Assembly: GCA_051313645.2 (NCBI GenBank) | Contig: JBNRSN020000056.1 | Span: forward strand, 5,084,001-5,148,000 | From: Centroscyllium fabricii | Taxonomy: Eukaryota | Reading direction: 5' to 3' | Length of the DNA stretch: 64,000 nucleotides | Part shown: piece after piece, positions 11,137 to 24,137 of the stretch | Position numbering within the stretch: the stretch's first letter is position 1 | Layout of the letters: each line of letters begins with the position of its first letter | The notes under the pieces: model-generated | The model's database searches: none | What the model was told of the DNA's origin: nothing | What the model saw: the letters and a program-made list of their open reading frames with translations, nothing else | Position numbers and translations under genes: made by a program

Positions 11137-12673
11137 TTAATAATATTTACCCCTCAAGCAACATCGCAGAAACACATTGATTGTCATCAGATTGCTGTTT
11201 GTGGGAGTAATTAGTAGAAATTTGCAGGAGTGTTGATGCTGGATCCATGGCAGCACTTAGTACCTCGCGGCACAAGATGCAGTCAGCTGTTGGGATTACC
11301 AGCCTGTATCACACGGCAGTAAGTGTTTCAGTGCCACTGCTGCCACTAGCATGACTCAGTGGCCGCACTCTTGCCCCTGAGTCAGAACGTTGTGGGTTCA
11401 AACTGCATTACAGACTTGACCGTATAATCTCGGCTGACACTTGGGTGCAGTAGTGAGTGCTGCGTTGTTCTGAGGTACTGCCGTTCACATGAAACATTAA
11501 GTTCAGGCTCTGCCTGTTCAGATGGATGTAAACGATCCACAGCACTTTCAAGGAAGAGTAGGACGTTTTCCCAGAGGTTTGGCCAACATTTATCGCTTTG
11601 TGGCAGGTCCACCTGCCATTGTATATAGCTGTACATCGCACTCGTGTATATAATTCTCTATAACAGACTCCAAACACCCGCTGGACATTCAACCAGGGTG
11701 TTAGGCACAATTGTAACTGTTTATGTATCTTTCTTATGTACGGGCCGTGGCCCCTTTAAGAGCACGGGAAACGCCGACCCACGCGATGACGTCATCACGG
11801 GCGTGGGATTGTACAGTCAGTTTGACCGACGACTTGATAGAGTAAAGACCTGTTTATTACTGTTCCTCCGTGTGGACTTCGTTTCTTTAGATAGGAATAC
11901 ACAGATTCCTACAGCTTGTTGAACTCCACCAAGATGAACTGCTCTTTGATGTTTGTGGAACCTTGCTGTGCACAAATTGACTGTCACAATTGTCTATGTC
12001 CAAAGATGTGCGGGTTAGGTTGATTGGCCATGATAAATTGACCCTTAGTGTTAGGGGGATTGAATATGTGGGGTTACGGGGATAGGGTGGGATATGTGTC
12101 GGTGCAGGCTCGATAGGGATCGAGGGATATGGGGAGAGGGCAGGGGCGGGGTACTGGGTTTGGATGATCAGCCATGATCTCATTGAATGGCGGAGCAGGC
12201 TCGAAGGGCCGACTCCTGCTCCTATCTTCTATGTTTCTATGACAGTGCCTACACGTCAGAAGTAATTACTTGGCTGTAATCTTTGGGAGTATGAAAACCT
12301 AGAGGTATCTTCAAGGACATCCTTTCTATCTTCTTTTCACTGATGAGCAGGAGTATTCATATCTTATGGGGTCGGCCATTTAAGACTGAGACGAGGAGGA
12401 ATTTCTTCACTCAGAGGGTTGTGAATCTTTGGAATTCTCTACCCCAGAGAGCTGTGGATGCTCATTCGTTGAATATATTCAAGACTGAGATCGATAGATT
12501 TTTGGTCTCTCGGGGAATCGAGGTATATGGGGATCGGGCGAGTAAGTGGAGTTGAGGTTGAAGATCAGCCATGATCTCATTGAATGGCGGAGCAGGCTCG
12601 AGGGACCGTATGGCCGACTCCTGCTCCTAGTTCTTATGTTATTTCACACGCCAGCAGTATTGTTGCTTGTGTT

Positions 12674-13109
12674 CAGGCCTGGCACCGTTAATCCGGACAC
12701 CGGTAATCCGGAACCTTCAGTTGTCCGGAACGAATCCGGCTGACTGGTCTGCGCATATGCAAAATGGCGGCTGCGCATGCACAAAATGGCCACCGCGCTT
12801 GGCTGCGCATGCCTGGGCCTGTGCCCGACTGGTCTGCGCATGCGCAAGATGGCCACCGCGCTTGGCTGCGCATGCGTAAAATGGCCGCCGCGCATGCATA
12901 AAATGGCCACCGCGCTTGGCTGTGTATGCCCGGTCCTCCCCGAACGATTGATGCTGCAGCGAGCGCACGTGCAGACCAATCAAAATGGCCACTGGCCTTC
13001 ACGGTGGCCATTTTGAATGGTCTGCGCATGCGCTCGCCAAAGCTTCAATCGTTCGGATTTTTCACTAATCCGGCACCAGCCTGGTTCTGGATTAACGGTG
13101 TCGGACCTG
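12674..13109. mobile_element. Tigger-like MITE with GCGCATGCGC/AAAATGGCC arrays
   Basis: CAGG..CACCGTTAATCC / GGATTAACGGTG..CCTG-TA ends. Confidence 0.8.
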
Positions 13110-14614
13110 TATTATCAATTCTAATATATTGAGTGTTAATAGAAGTGAGTTATATGTATGTGTCCTTTAAACAGTGTTAATAACTGTTATATGCCAACAT
13201 TTAAAAAAATATATATATTCCTTAAATTGCCATTCGTAGAATTACCAATAGAACGATTTGAACTCTCTGATTGTTGGCAGAAAATATAATGTAATTAAAA
13301 TTATATTTTAGATTATTTATATTGTAATTTTGGCCAATGGTGTCTTTTTCCCCTTATGCTCTTGAAGCCACTGATTCTTGTGGCATGGTTCCAGTGGCAC
13401 CACCAACCCTGCCCGACTTGCCCATGGGCGAACAGTCAGTACTGGAAACCCTAGCTGGGTGTTTCGCTTCCCTAGCCCATGGGCACTGGGGCTATTTGTA
13501 GAGCTCCCAACTCTTTCCCTGGCTGGCATCAGCTAACTCCCAAACCCATGACCTCTACCGTTTCGGAGGACAAGGGCAGCAGGCGCATGGGAACACCATC
13601 ACCTCCAGGTTCCCCTCCAAGTCACACACCATCCTGACTTGGAAATATATCGGCCATTCCTTCATCGTCGCTGGGTCAAAGTTCAGAAGAATGAGAGGGG
13701 ATCTCATTGAAACTTATAAAGTTCTAACGGGACTGGACAGACTAGATGCAGGAAGGATGTTCCCGATGGTCGGAGAGTTCAGAACCAGGGGTCACAGTCT
13801 AAAGATAAGGGATAAACCATTTAGGACAGAGATGAGGAAGAATTTCTTCATCCAGAGAGTGGTGAACCTGTGGAATTCTCTACCACAGAAGGCGGTGGAG
13901 GCCAATTCATTAAATATATTCAAGAAGGAGTTGGATACATTTCTTAAGGTTAAAGGGATCAAGGGATATGGGGAGGGGGCAGGGACAGGGAACTGAATTT
14001 GGATGATCAGCCATGATCGCATTGAATGGCGGAGCAGGCTCGAGGGGCCGAATGGCCTACTCCTATCTTCGATGTTTCTAACAGCACTGTGGGAGCACCT
14101 TCACCACACCGACTGCAGCAGTTCAAGGCGGCGGCTCACCACCACCTTCTCGAGGGGCAATTAGGGATGGGCAATAAATGCTGGGCCTTGCCAGCGACGC
14201 CCACATCCCATGAACGAATAAAAAGAACTTGGTGCAGACCATTGTAAGAAGTCACAACACACCAGGTTATAGTCCAACAGTTTTATTTGAAATCACAAGC
14301 TTTCGGAGCGCTGCTCCTTCCTCAGGTGTAAGTGATGGTACATCATGGTACAGACCAGGAATTGGAGCTGGGAACCTTTGGTCTGTGCGCCTCAGTAAAA
14401 TATTATGCAGTGCTTAAAACCTGAAAATTAGAAGGGAAATGCTAAAAATGCATCTTTTTTTAAGACCATCAAGGGGACATTCAGGAGGTGTTAAGCACAA
14501 CATTTAAGGTGATAAACTCTTGGGTTCAGCTCTTGACTGGAAGGGTCGCTGCTCTGATTATTCTCAATGATATGCTGTCAGCGTCTGACTGTGTATTCAT
14601 GTTTTATTTGACAG

Positions 14615-14773
14615 GTGCAAGCATTGAAAGAATGTATTGAAGCAGAGAAGGGCACCAGCTTCCCTGTTGCTGGTCAGAAGCTCATATACGCTGGCAAGAT
14701 TCTGAACAATGACGTGCAACTCAAGGAATACAAGATTGATGAGAAGAATTTTGTTGTTGTTATGGTAACAAAG
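14615..14773 (+). CDS. RAD23A: RAD23A-like exon 2 (UBL domain)
   Basis: ttttatttgacag acceptor; [53 protein letters not shown]; GT donor at 14774. Confidence 0.96.
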
Positions 14774-15835
14774 GTGTGCCAGACTTTGGGGGTTTCCAGC
14801 AGTGGAGCCCTTTTCTGTACTGATTCCTCGTGGGTTACAACATCTGCGGGGGGGGGGGGGTCTTGCGCTAATGCACAATTATTCCCCACTTTTAAAGATT
14901 CGCAACATGCATGACTGCACTGCCTTTTACATAGGCTATTTAAAATGAGATAATACCTGCTTCTTCAGCTGGACAATAAAGTTCCCATGGAAGGGGAGGT
15001 TACGCTCGTGTCCTGGCCAATGTTCCCTTAATTTTTTTTGGGGGGGTGCGCAGTCTCTTTAATCGGCTGCATGGCCCATTCAAAATTTCGTGCCTGCGTG
15101 AAGTGTCGCATTTGGAATGCCGGCCCCGGGTTGCATGGGCCCTCCAGACAGCCGCATGGCCGCACAGCTTAGCGGGGACGTTTACAACAGCAAAATACTG
15201 CGGATGCTGGAAAATCTGGGGTGGGGGGGAAGAGGTTCTGGGAATAACAGGTGACTAGGAGGGTACTGGGGTACCTAGCAAATACTCAGCAGGCCAGGCA
15301 GCATCGGTGGAGAGAGAAACAGATGCTGCCGGGCCTGCTGAGTATTTCCAGCATTTTCCGTTGTTACTAGCGGGGACGTTGTTCCTGGCTAGTTACCCCA
15401 GCACCCTCCTAGTCACCTGTTATTCCCAGAACCTACCCCCCCCATGCCCTGCCACCCACCCCACAAGTGCAAGATGCTTGGATCCGTACTCTAGTGTGGG
15501 TGATGTGTTAAGTTGTTTGGATATCAGTAACGCGCAAAGTAGTTGAGATGTTGCTGTGAAAGTTGAGCTGTTTCCCAATGTGCTCTCACCCCCGGTTGTA
15601 TTGCTGCTCTGAAACCCACTTTAATTTCTGTTCGTTGTATTGTGTATGTGCAGGTAGGGTTTGTCAGTGGGGGCTGCGAGTTTTACCTCTTCAAGATTTG
15701 TGTTTTGTTTATTTTTCATCCGATTTCCACTCTCCTCTCCTCATGAACTCCTTCAACTCATTTCACCATGTTACAGGGGAAATGATACATTCTTTGTACA
15801 TTAGAACAGGAAATCTAATTGTTAATTAACTCGAT

Positions 15836-16921
15836 GGAGGAGAAATTCGGTGGCTTGAGACTGCCGTTAGCGTCCTGAGAGGGCTGCTAATTGGGCGCAA
15901 GCCTGGCGTGGAGCCTCCCACGATGTTGAGTGGGGCACTGCCGTGGGCGGTAGCCGGTAGCGCCCCGTGGCTGATCACCGCCGGGGATACAGAAACACAG
16001 AAGATAGGAGCAGGAGTAGGCCATTCGGCCCTGCGAGCCTGCTCCGCCATTCGATGAGATCATGGCTGATCATCCAAACCCAGCACCCCCCTCCTACCCT
16101 CTCCCCATATCCCCCGACACCCCCAACTCTAAGAGCTATATCTCACACACATACTCATGGGCAATTTTTAGTATCTCCAATTCACCTAACCTGCATGTCT
16201 TTGGGTGGTGGGAGGAAACCGGAGTACCCGGAGGGAACCCACACGAACACGGGGAGAACATGCAAACTCCACGCAGAGGTGTCCCGGGCCAAGCAGGATT
16301 CGAACCCAGGAGCTCCTTATTGCGAGGCAGCACTGCTAACCACTGCGCCACCGACGTCATCAGAGCGCGCAGTGACCCTCTTGCGCCTGGGGGGATCGGA
16401 ATTGAGTTGCGCCCGCTGACTTTCCGTCGGACGCTGCCCGCGACAGCTTCAGCCTGTTGTACTTGCAGCGGGGGAGCGCCGCTTAAAGGGGAGGGTCCCG
16501 GGCGGCCATTTTTGTTGCGGCTGACTGCCAGCACCTTCCCCCTCTGCCCCCCGCCCCCGGCGGTGTGCTGCCTCTGCTCACTGAGCCCGGCACTTCCCTC
16601 GAGTGCCAGGCTCCTTTGGCGGCATGGTGACCCGCGGGGCTCCGTCCGGAACCGCACTAGGCCCCTCCCCTTTAACCATGGGAGGACGGCCTGCGGTACC
16701 GCAGCGCGGCGCTTGGTGCTGCCTGTCGCTTCAGCCCACAGCGCCGGAACTTCGGTTGTAGCGCCTAAAGAACGAGGTCGGGCGCCTGCAGTAGCGCCCG
16801 ACCTCCTCCTATGGGCGCTACAAGTGAATATCGGAACGGCGCCAGCGGTAGTCGGGCGCTAAAAGTAGCGCACCACCGGGGTTAGCGCCCGAAAATGGGC
16901 ACCACCGAATTTCTCCCCCAA
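15836..16921. mobile_element. GGGGGAAATTCGGTGG-TIR DNA transposon (V-SINE nested), ending 66 bp before exon 3
   Basis: TGGAGGAGAAATTCGGTGG...CCACCGAATTTCTCCCCCA. Confidence 0.78.
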
Positions 16922-16986
16922 GGACTTTGGATGGCGACTCATTTAAGAATGCTCCTTTTTTTCCCCCCCCAAAACAAACTCTGCAG

Positions 16987-17129
16987 CCTAAAAGTACCCC
17001 CACAGAAACGGGATCTGTTTCTACAGTTGGGCCGTCGGCCACCCAGTCACAGCCAGAAGGAGAAGAGAAGCCGAACGCGGACGATGGAAGCCAGGCCCAG
17101 ACTATCACCAGCTCGGTTTCAATATCCAG
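16987..17129 (+). CDS. RAD23A: RAD23A-like exon 3 (S/T/P-rich linker)
   Basis: ctgcag acceptor; begins PK as RAD23 exon 3 does; PKSTPTETGSVSTVGPSATQSQPEGEEKPNADDGSQAQTITSSVSIS; donor GTACGA; ends phase 2, compatible with exon 4. Confidence 0.85.
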
Positions 17130-17407
17130 GTACGAGTTGATCACACGAGATCAAACCAGCGGCTCTCGGCTTTCCGAGCGGAGCAAAGACAAATGCCCTG
17201 ATGTGTTTGTTTCCCGTCCGAGGTATAGAAAAGCCTCTTTGACTTGCTGAAAGATGCAGGGGCACTTGTGCGTTTGCTGTTGTCTCCAGGGGAAGCTCCC
17301 CTTCTCGCTCAGTGGCTGTGCACACCCTGGTACATTGCCGAGCCGTGCAGTCCGGGAGGCTACTCGGTTAAATCTCCAGCAGTGCTGTCTTAGTTGATCT
17401 GGGACTG

Positions 17408-17722
17408 CGGCACGGTGGCATAGTGGTTAGCACTGTTGCCTCACAGCGCCAGGGGCCCGGGTTCGAATCCGGCCTCGGGTGACTGTCTGTGTGGAGTTTG
17501 CACATTCTCCCCGTGTCTGCGTGGGTTTCCTCCGGGTGCTCCGGTTTCCTCCCACAGTCCAAAGATGTGCGGGTTAGGTTGATTGGCCAGGATAAATTGA
17601 CCCTTAGTGTTAGGGGGATTGAATATGTGGGGTTACGGGGATAGGGTGGGATATGTGTCGGTGCAGGCTCGATGGGCCGAAATAGCCTCTATCTGCACTG
17701 TAGGGATTCTATGATTCTATGT
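17408..17722 (+). mobile_element. V-SINE with alternative short tail
   Basis: Same head and core; ends GATGGGCCGAAATAGCCTCTATCTGCACTGTAGGGATTCTATGATTCTATG. Confidence 0.85.
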
Positions 17723-17741
17723 GGCAGTGGTGAGGACTCTA

Positions 17742-18896
17742 TGGGGGGAAAAATTCGGTGGCGTCCATTTTGGGGCGCTAACCTTGGTGGTGCGCTACTT
17801 TTAGCGCCCAGCTAACGCTCGCGCCGCTCCTTGGGATATTCGGTTTTAGCGCCCCAAGTAGGACATCGGGCGCTACTGCAGGTGCCCGACCTCGTTCTTT
17901 AGGCGCTGCCACTGAATTTTGGGCGCTGTGGGTGGCTGCGCCCGCGCCGCAGTACTGCAGGCCTCCCTCCCCTGGTTAAAGGGGATTGGCCTAGCGCGGC
18001 TCGGGCCGAAGCCCCGTTGGGCCCCAGCAATCGGAGTGCCGCCGAAGGAGCCCGTTACTTGAGGGAAGTGCCGGGCTCACGGATCACAGCCAGCACTCCA
18101 CGGGGGGGTCATTGGGGAAGGCCGGTGGGGATGGCAGAGGGGGCAGGTGCTGTCAGTCAGCTAGCAAGAAAAATGACCGTCCGGCAACCCCCCCCTTTAA
18201 TTATCGCTCCCCTGCTGCAAGTACGCCCCCCTGACCCTGTCAAGATTCAAGATAATTTTATTGCCATATGTAACTGGTACAATGGAATGCTTACTCCCCA
18301 TTCACTCCCACATTATAAGCATTAAAAAGTTTTCAAAAAAGCATAAATATAGAAAAATAATAAACAAATAAGTAACGAGTGCGGTTCGCAGTTCAGTAGG
18401 CACACTGCCCGTGGGTAGAAACTGCTCTTGAACCTGCTGGTCCTGGTTCGGATGCTGCGGTACCGACGGCCGGCCCGCAGGAGGGAGAACAGGTCGTGCC
18501 CAGGGTGATTGGGGTCCTTGATGATGGAGCGGGCCTTGTTCCGACACCTGGTCTGGAAGATCTCCTCAATGGACGGAAGTGCACACCCGATGATCTTTTC
18601 AGCCGTCCTCACGACCCTCTGGATGGCTTTCCTGTCCTGTGCAGTGGTGTTGCCATACCACACTGTCGCGGGCAGTGTCAGGCGGTATGGCAGCGGGCGT
18701 GACTGAAGTTCGCGGCTGGGGCGCGAGCGGGGCGCTGCGCTCTTCGATGACGTCATCGGCGGCGGCATAGAGCCGCGGGGCACTACCGGCTACCGCCCCC
18801 ACCGAATATAGCGGGAGGCCCCAACCCAGGCTTTCGCCCCATTAGCAGACCTCTTAGGGTGCTAACGGGAGGCGCAAGCCACCGAATTTTCCCCCC
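17742..18896. mobile_element. Inverted copy of the 15836-16921 transposon, containing a Rex1/Babar fragment
   Basis: GGGGGGAAAAATTCGGTGG...CCACCGAATTTTCCCCCC; subterminal sequences are the reverse complement of the upstream copy. Confidence 0.78.
18240..18672 (-). mobile_element. Rex1/Babar LINE 3' fragment
   Basis: VWYGNTTAQDRKAIQRVVRTAEKIIG...KDPNHPGHDLFSLL...RRYRSIRTRTSRFKSSFYPRAV; tail GGCAATAAA. Confidence 0.85.
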
Positions 18897-19557
18897 TATA
18901 GTTAGCCCCAGTGCCCTGGACATTAAAAAAAAAAAAAAAAAAAAAAAATTTGTTCATGGGATGTGGTCGTCACTGGCAAGGGAGGGAGTTCCAGGATTTT
19001 GACCCCGCGACGATGAAGGGACGGCGATTATATTTCCAAGTCAGGATGGTGTGTGACTCGTAGGGGAACTTGCAGGTGATAGTGTTCCCATGCGCCTGCT
19101 GCCCTTGTCCTTCGAGAGGTCGCGGGTTTGGGAGGTGCTGCCGAAGAAGCCTTGGCGAGTTGCTGCAGTGTATCTCGTAGACGGTGCACACACTGCAGCC
19201 ACGGTGCGCCAGTGAGTGGACCAGGGAGGCGAACAACGCCAAGCTTCCGGTTCTTGATCACTATTCTACAACCGCCGCCAGAAAGTGCGTGATTGTCAAA
19301 TGAGGATCAGACCAACCTGGGCTGTGTGACGACTTCCAATGATGATTAGCACATTGGTGCTCTCAGTCCAGTCTTGAATGTAAGGATGCCAGACTGAAAC
19401 TGTGCTCCCATCATCAGTGACCGCCTTTCAGAAGAGGAGGGGAGGAACCAGGAGTAGAAGAAGGAGGGTGGGCAAACCTGTCTCTGGAACAAGTAATTCA
19501 GGGCTGTGTTCCTTTTCAGCTATTTCTAGGTGGAATTCAGTTAAAACTGGCACATGG

Positions 19558-20278
19558 TACTGGGGGGTCCTGGTGCATGAAACGCAGAAGGTCAGTCTGC
19601 AGGTACAGCAGGTGATCAGGAAGGCCGATGGAATCTTGGCTTTTATTGCAAGGGGGATGGAGTATAAAAGCAGGGAAGTCTTGTTGCAGTTATACAGGGT
19701 ACTGGTGAGGCCACATCTGGAATACTGCGTACAGCTTTGGTTTCCATATTTAAATAAAGATATACTTGCTCTCGAGGCAGTTCAGAGAAGGTTCACTCAG
19801 TTGATTCCGGAGATGAGGGGATTGACTTATGAGGAAAGGTTGAGTAGGTTGGGCCTCTACTCATTGGAATTCAGAAGAGTGAGAGGCGATCTTATCGAAA
19901 CATATAAGATTGTGAGGGGGCTTGATCGGGTGGATGCAGTGAGGATGTTTCCACTGATGGGTGAGAGTAGAACTAGGGGGCATAATCTGAGAATAAGGGG
20001 CTGCCCTTTCAAAACTGAGATGAGGGGAAACTTCTTCACTCAGAGGGTAGCAAATCTATGGAATTTGCTGCCTCAGAGAGCTGTGGAAGCTGCGACATTA
20101 AATCAATTTTAAATGGAGATAGACAGTTTCCTAGCTGATGAGGGAATAAGGGGTTACGGGGAACGGGCAGTGAAGTGGACGTGAGTCTAAGTTTGGATCA
20201 GCCATGATCCAATTGAATGGTGGAGCAGGCCCGAGGGGCCGAATGGCCGACTCCTGCTCCTACTTCTTATGTTCTTAT
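19558..20278 (+). mobile_element. CR1 (HER1-like) LINE 3' fragment
   Basis: LYRVLVRPHLEYCVQLW...RRVRGDLIETYKI...FFTQRVANLWN; similar fragments ~12370-12640, 13680-14080, 20490-20830, 29700-30320(-), 41750-42980, 48930-49620, 52970-53850, 55030-56220(-). Confidence 0.9.
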
Positions 20279-20849
20279 CTTACAGCGCCTTGGTGGTGTG
20301 TCCGAGCTCCAGTCCACTCTGCTACGGGTAGTGGGATTTGAGTACACAGAAATATGCTACATAAATGGCATCAGTTTTTCCCTGCTGCCTGGCCTGCTGA
20401 GTATTTCCAGCATTTTCTGTTTTTATTTCAGATTTCCAGCATCCGCAGTATTTTGCTTCTGCGTCGATTTTTCTCTCCCTTGTCTTTAAAATCACGAAGG
20501 GTTTAGATCGAGTAAATAAAGAGAAACTGTTTCCAATGGCTGAAGGGTCGATAACCAGAGGGCCCAGATTGAAGGTGATTGGCAAAAGAACCAGAGGCGA
20601 CACAAGGAAAAACTTTTCTACGCAGCGAGTGGTTGGGATTTGGAACACGCTGCCTGATAGGGGGCTGGATACAAATTCAATAGTCGCCTTCAAAAGGGAA
20701 TTGGAGGAGAAAAAAATTGCAGTGATGTAGGGAAAGAGCGGGGGGAGTGGGACTGACTGGATTGATCTTCGAAAGAGCTGGCGCAGACTCGATGGAGCGA
20801 ATGGCCTCTTTCTGTGCTGTACTATTTCTATAGTACAGCACAGAAAGAG

Positions 20850-21512
20850 GCCTACAGTATAGGTCTATGAGCAGCAGTGATACCCGCCCTGCTGTATGCC
20901 TCAGAGACATGGACCATGTACAGCAGGCACCTCAAAGCACTGGAGAGGCACCACCAACGCTGCCTCCACAAGATCCTGCAAATCCTTTGGCAGGATAGGC
21001 GCACCGACGTCAGTGTTCTCGCTCAGGCCAACATCCACAGCATCGAAGCATGGCCGCGCTCGATCAGCTCCGATGGACGGGTCACATTGTCCGCATGCCC
21101 GATACGAGACTTCCAAAACAAGCGCTCTACTCGGAGCTCCGGCACGGCAAGGGAGCCCCAGGTGGGCAGAGGAAATGCTTCAGGGACACCCTCAAAGCCT
21201 CCTTGGAAAAAGTGTAACATCCCCACCGACACATGGGAATCCCTGGCCCAAGACCGCACAAAGTGGAGGAGATGCATCCGGGAAGGTGCCAAACACCTCG
21301 AGTCTCTTCAACGGGAGCAAACGGAAGCCAAGCGCAGGCAGCGGAAGGAGCGTACGTCAACCCAAGCACCCCCACCCACCCGCCCCTTCAACCACCGTCT
21401 GCCCCACCTGTGATAGAGACTGTAGGTCCTGCATTGGACTCATCAGTCGCCTGGGAACTCACTTTTAATGTGGAAGCAAATCATCCTCGATTCCGAGGGA
21501 CTGCCCAAGAAG
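20850..21512 (+). mobile_element. RTE-clade LINE 3' fragment
   Basis: IPALLYASETWTMYSRHLKALERHHQRCL...WQDRRT; C-terminal CPTCDRDC..IGLIS; inverted relative at ~52325-52960. Confidence 0.85.
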
Positions 21513-21832
21513 ACTATTTCTATGATTCTAAGGCATTGACTCCTTGCTGGGGTCGGGTTAAGAACATAAGAAATAGGAGCAGGAGTCGGCCAATCGGCCC
21601 CTCGAGCCTGCTCCGCCATTCAACAAGATCATGGCTGATCTGATCCTAACCTCAAATCTACTTTCACACTCCATCCCGCCTGAACCCATGTGATCTCCCG
21701 GGACAAAAACCCATTGGCCAATTTGGGAGAAAAAGTCTGGGAAATTCCTCCCCGACCCATCTAGGCGATCGAAACTTGTCCAGGAGATCACATGGCCGAT
21801 CTGAACCTAGCCTCACGTCCACTTACTGCCTG

Positions 21833-23677
21833 CAGGGTGCTACAAAAAATTTTTTTTTCACTTGCCCAGTCGGGCATGTGGATTTCTAAAACACTTGCCT
21901 GAACACAAATTTCACTTGCCCGAAATTTTTAAAAAAATAAATAAAGATTTTACATTCTTATTAAAATGCTTCAATATAAAGCCACAGATTGTGATTGTGC
22001 CTTTAGTTGCATTAGCCCGGTTTCCACCCCTCTCTGCCAGGGTCTCTCTTCTCTCTCCTCTGAACATTCTTCCCTCATTTACCAAACTTTCTGTGAAGCC
22101 GCTGCGGGCCGCGGGCTCCCTCACTCTCTCTCCCCGCCTACCATCGTCCAGCAGCCGCTCCGGCTTTTTCTCTCCCCATCAGCAGGTCGACGGCACCGAC
22201 CCACTCTTGCCGTGCGCCATCAGCCCGCTCCACCTAACCCGACAGCTGCCCCGTCCCCTGATTGACACGCTGCCTCTTCCAATCCCCGCCGTGCCGCCCG
22301 GCCCCACCGGCCAATCCGCACCCGCCTCCAGGGCGGGATCCACCCACCCATGCCCGTGGCCTCGATCATCGAGCGGACAAGCGGTTTTGTCGCGCCCGGG
22401 ACTGTCCCAGGATTTGGTCTCTGGGTGTCAGTGTCCCTGGATTCGGTCTCTGGGTGTCAGTGTCCCTGGATTCGGTCTCTGGGTGTCAGTGTCCCTGGAT
22501 TCGGTCTCTGGGTGTCAGTGTCCCTGGATTCGGTCTCTGGGTGTCAGTGTCCCTGGATTCGGACTCTGGGTGTCAGTGTCCCTGGATTCGGTCTCTGGGT
22601 GTCAGTGTCCCTGGATTCGGACTCTGGGTGTCAGTGTCCCTGGATTCGGACTCTGGGTGTCAGTGTCCCTGGATTCGGTCTCTGGGTGTCAGTGTCCCTG
22701 GATTCGGTCTCTGGGTGTCATAAGAACATAAGAAATAGGAGCAGGAGTAGGCCAATCGGCCCCTCGTGCCCGCCCTGCCATTCAATAAGATCATGGCTGA
22801 TCTGATCCTAACAATCATAGAAACATAGAAGATAGGAGCAGGAGTCGGCCATTCGGCCCTTCGAGCCTGCTCCGCCATTCAATGAGATCATGGCTGATCA
22901 TCCAAACCCAGTACTCTGTCCCTGCCTTGTCCCCATGCCCCTCGATCCCTATCGAACCTGCATATCCCACCTGATCCCTGTAACCCCACATATTTAATCC
23001 CCCTAACACTAAGGGTCAATTTATCCTGGCCAATCAACCTAACCCGCACATCTTTGGACTGTGGGAGGAAACCCACGCAGACACGGGGAGAATGTGCAAA
23101 CTCCACACAGATAGTACCCGAGGCCGGATTTGAACCCGGGTCTCCAGTGCTGTGAGACAGCAGTGCTAACCACTGTGCCACCGTGCCGCCCTACTATCGC
23201 AGAAGCACAGAAGTGTCAGTGTCCCTGAACCACTCAAAGGGATTGAACCCGGCGCTCGGACACTTCCAGCTGCCTGGAGGATCAGGAATCCCAGCTCCCC
23301 TCAAGGGGTCCCAACCTGAGACGTCGACTCCACACCTTTCTCCCCCGATGCTGCCCGGCCCACCGAGCCGCCGCCCCCCCTCCCCCCCCCCCCCCCCACT
23401 GATGCTGCCCGGCCCGCTGAGCCGCCCCCCCCCCAGCACTTTCTGCTGTTGTTACCGACTCACTGTTAGCGCCACCGGCCCACACCACCTAACCTGATTG
23501 CTGCCCCGTCCCCTGATTGACACGTGGCCTCCTCCAATCCCCACTGCGCTGCCCGGCTCCTGGCCAATCTGCACCCGCCTCCAGGGCGGGATCTAGCGCA
23601 CTTGCCCGGTTGGGCAAGTCCGATTTTGTTTTGCTTGCCTTTTGCTTGCCCCGGGCAAGCGGTTTTGTCGCGCCCTG
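21833..23677. mobile_element. hAT-like non-autonomous transposon with internal minisatellite and nested SINE
   Basis: CAGGGTGCTACAAAA...TTTTGTCGCGCCCTG; near-duplication CTGCC(T/C)G on both flanks; splits a CR1 tail. Confidence 0.72.
22403..22720. repeat. 29-bp minisatellite GGATTCGGTCTCTGGGTGTCAGTGTCCCT, about x11
   Basis: Near-perfect tandem units. Confidence 0.95.
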
Positions 23678-24137
23678 CTGCCCGCTCACCGTAACGCCTA
23701 ATTCCCTTTACTTCCAAGAAACTGTCAATCTCGGTTTTAAATTTATTCAAAGTAGTAGCTTCCACAGCTCTCTGGGGCAGCAAATTCCACAGTGAGTGAA
23801 GAAGCTTCTTCTCATCTCAGTTTTGAAAGGGCAGCCTCTTATTCTCAGATTATGCCCCTTAATCCTAGTTTCACCCATCAGTGGTAACATCCTCACCGCA
23901 TCCACCCAGTCAAGCCCCTACGAGGTTCTACGAGCAGCTCGTCGATATGGCCATTCTTTACCAGTGAGCCGGGACTGTGATTGTGAACAAGCTGTTTGAG
24001 GCTCCTCTTGTCTTCACTAGTAATCCAGCGGCCTGGAGCATAATCCTTGAATTTGAGTTCAAATCCCATCGTGGCAGTTTGCGAATTTAGATTCAGTTAA
24101 AAAAATCTGGAAATAAGCCGGTACCCTGTATCAGTGA

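Noticed and set aside
11712-11902. Small solo LTR (TG...CA, CRE site, AGTAAA)
   Set aside because: No matching TSD or second copy; too weak to call.
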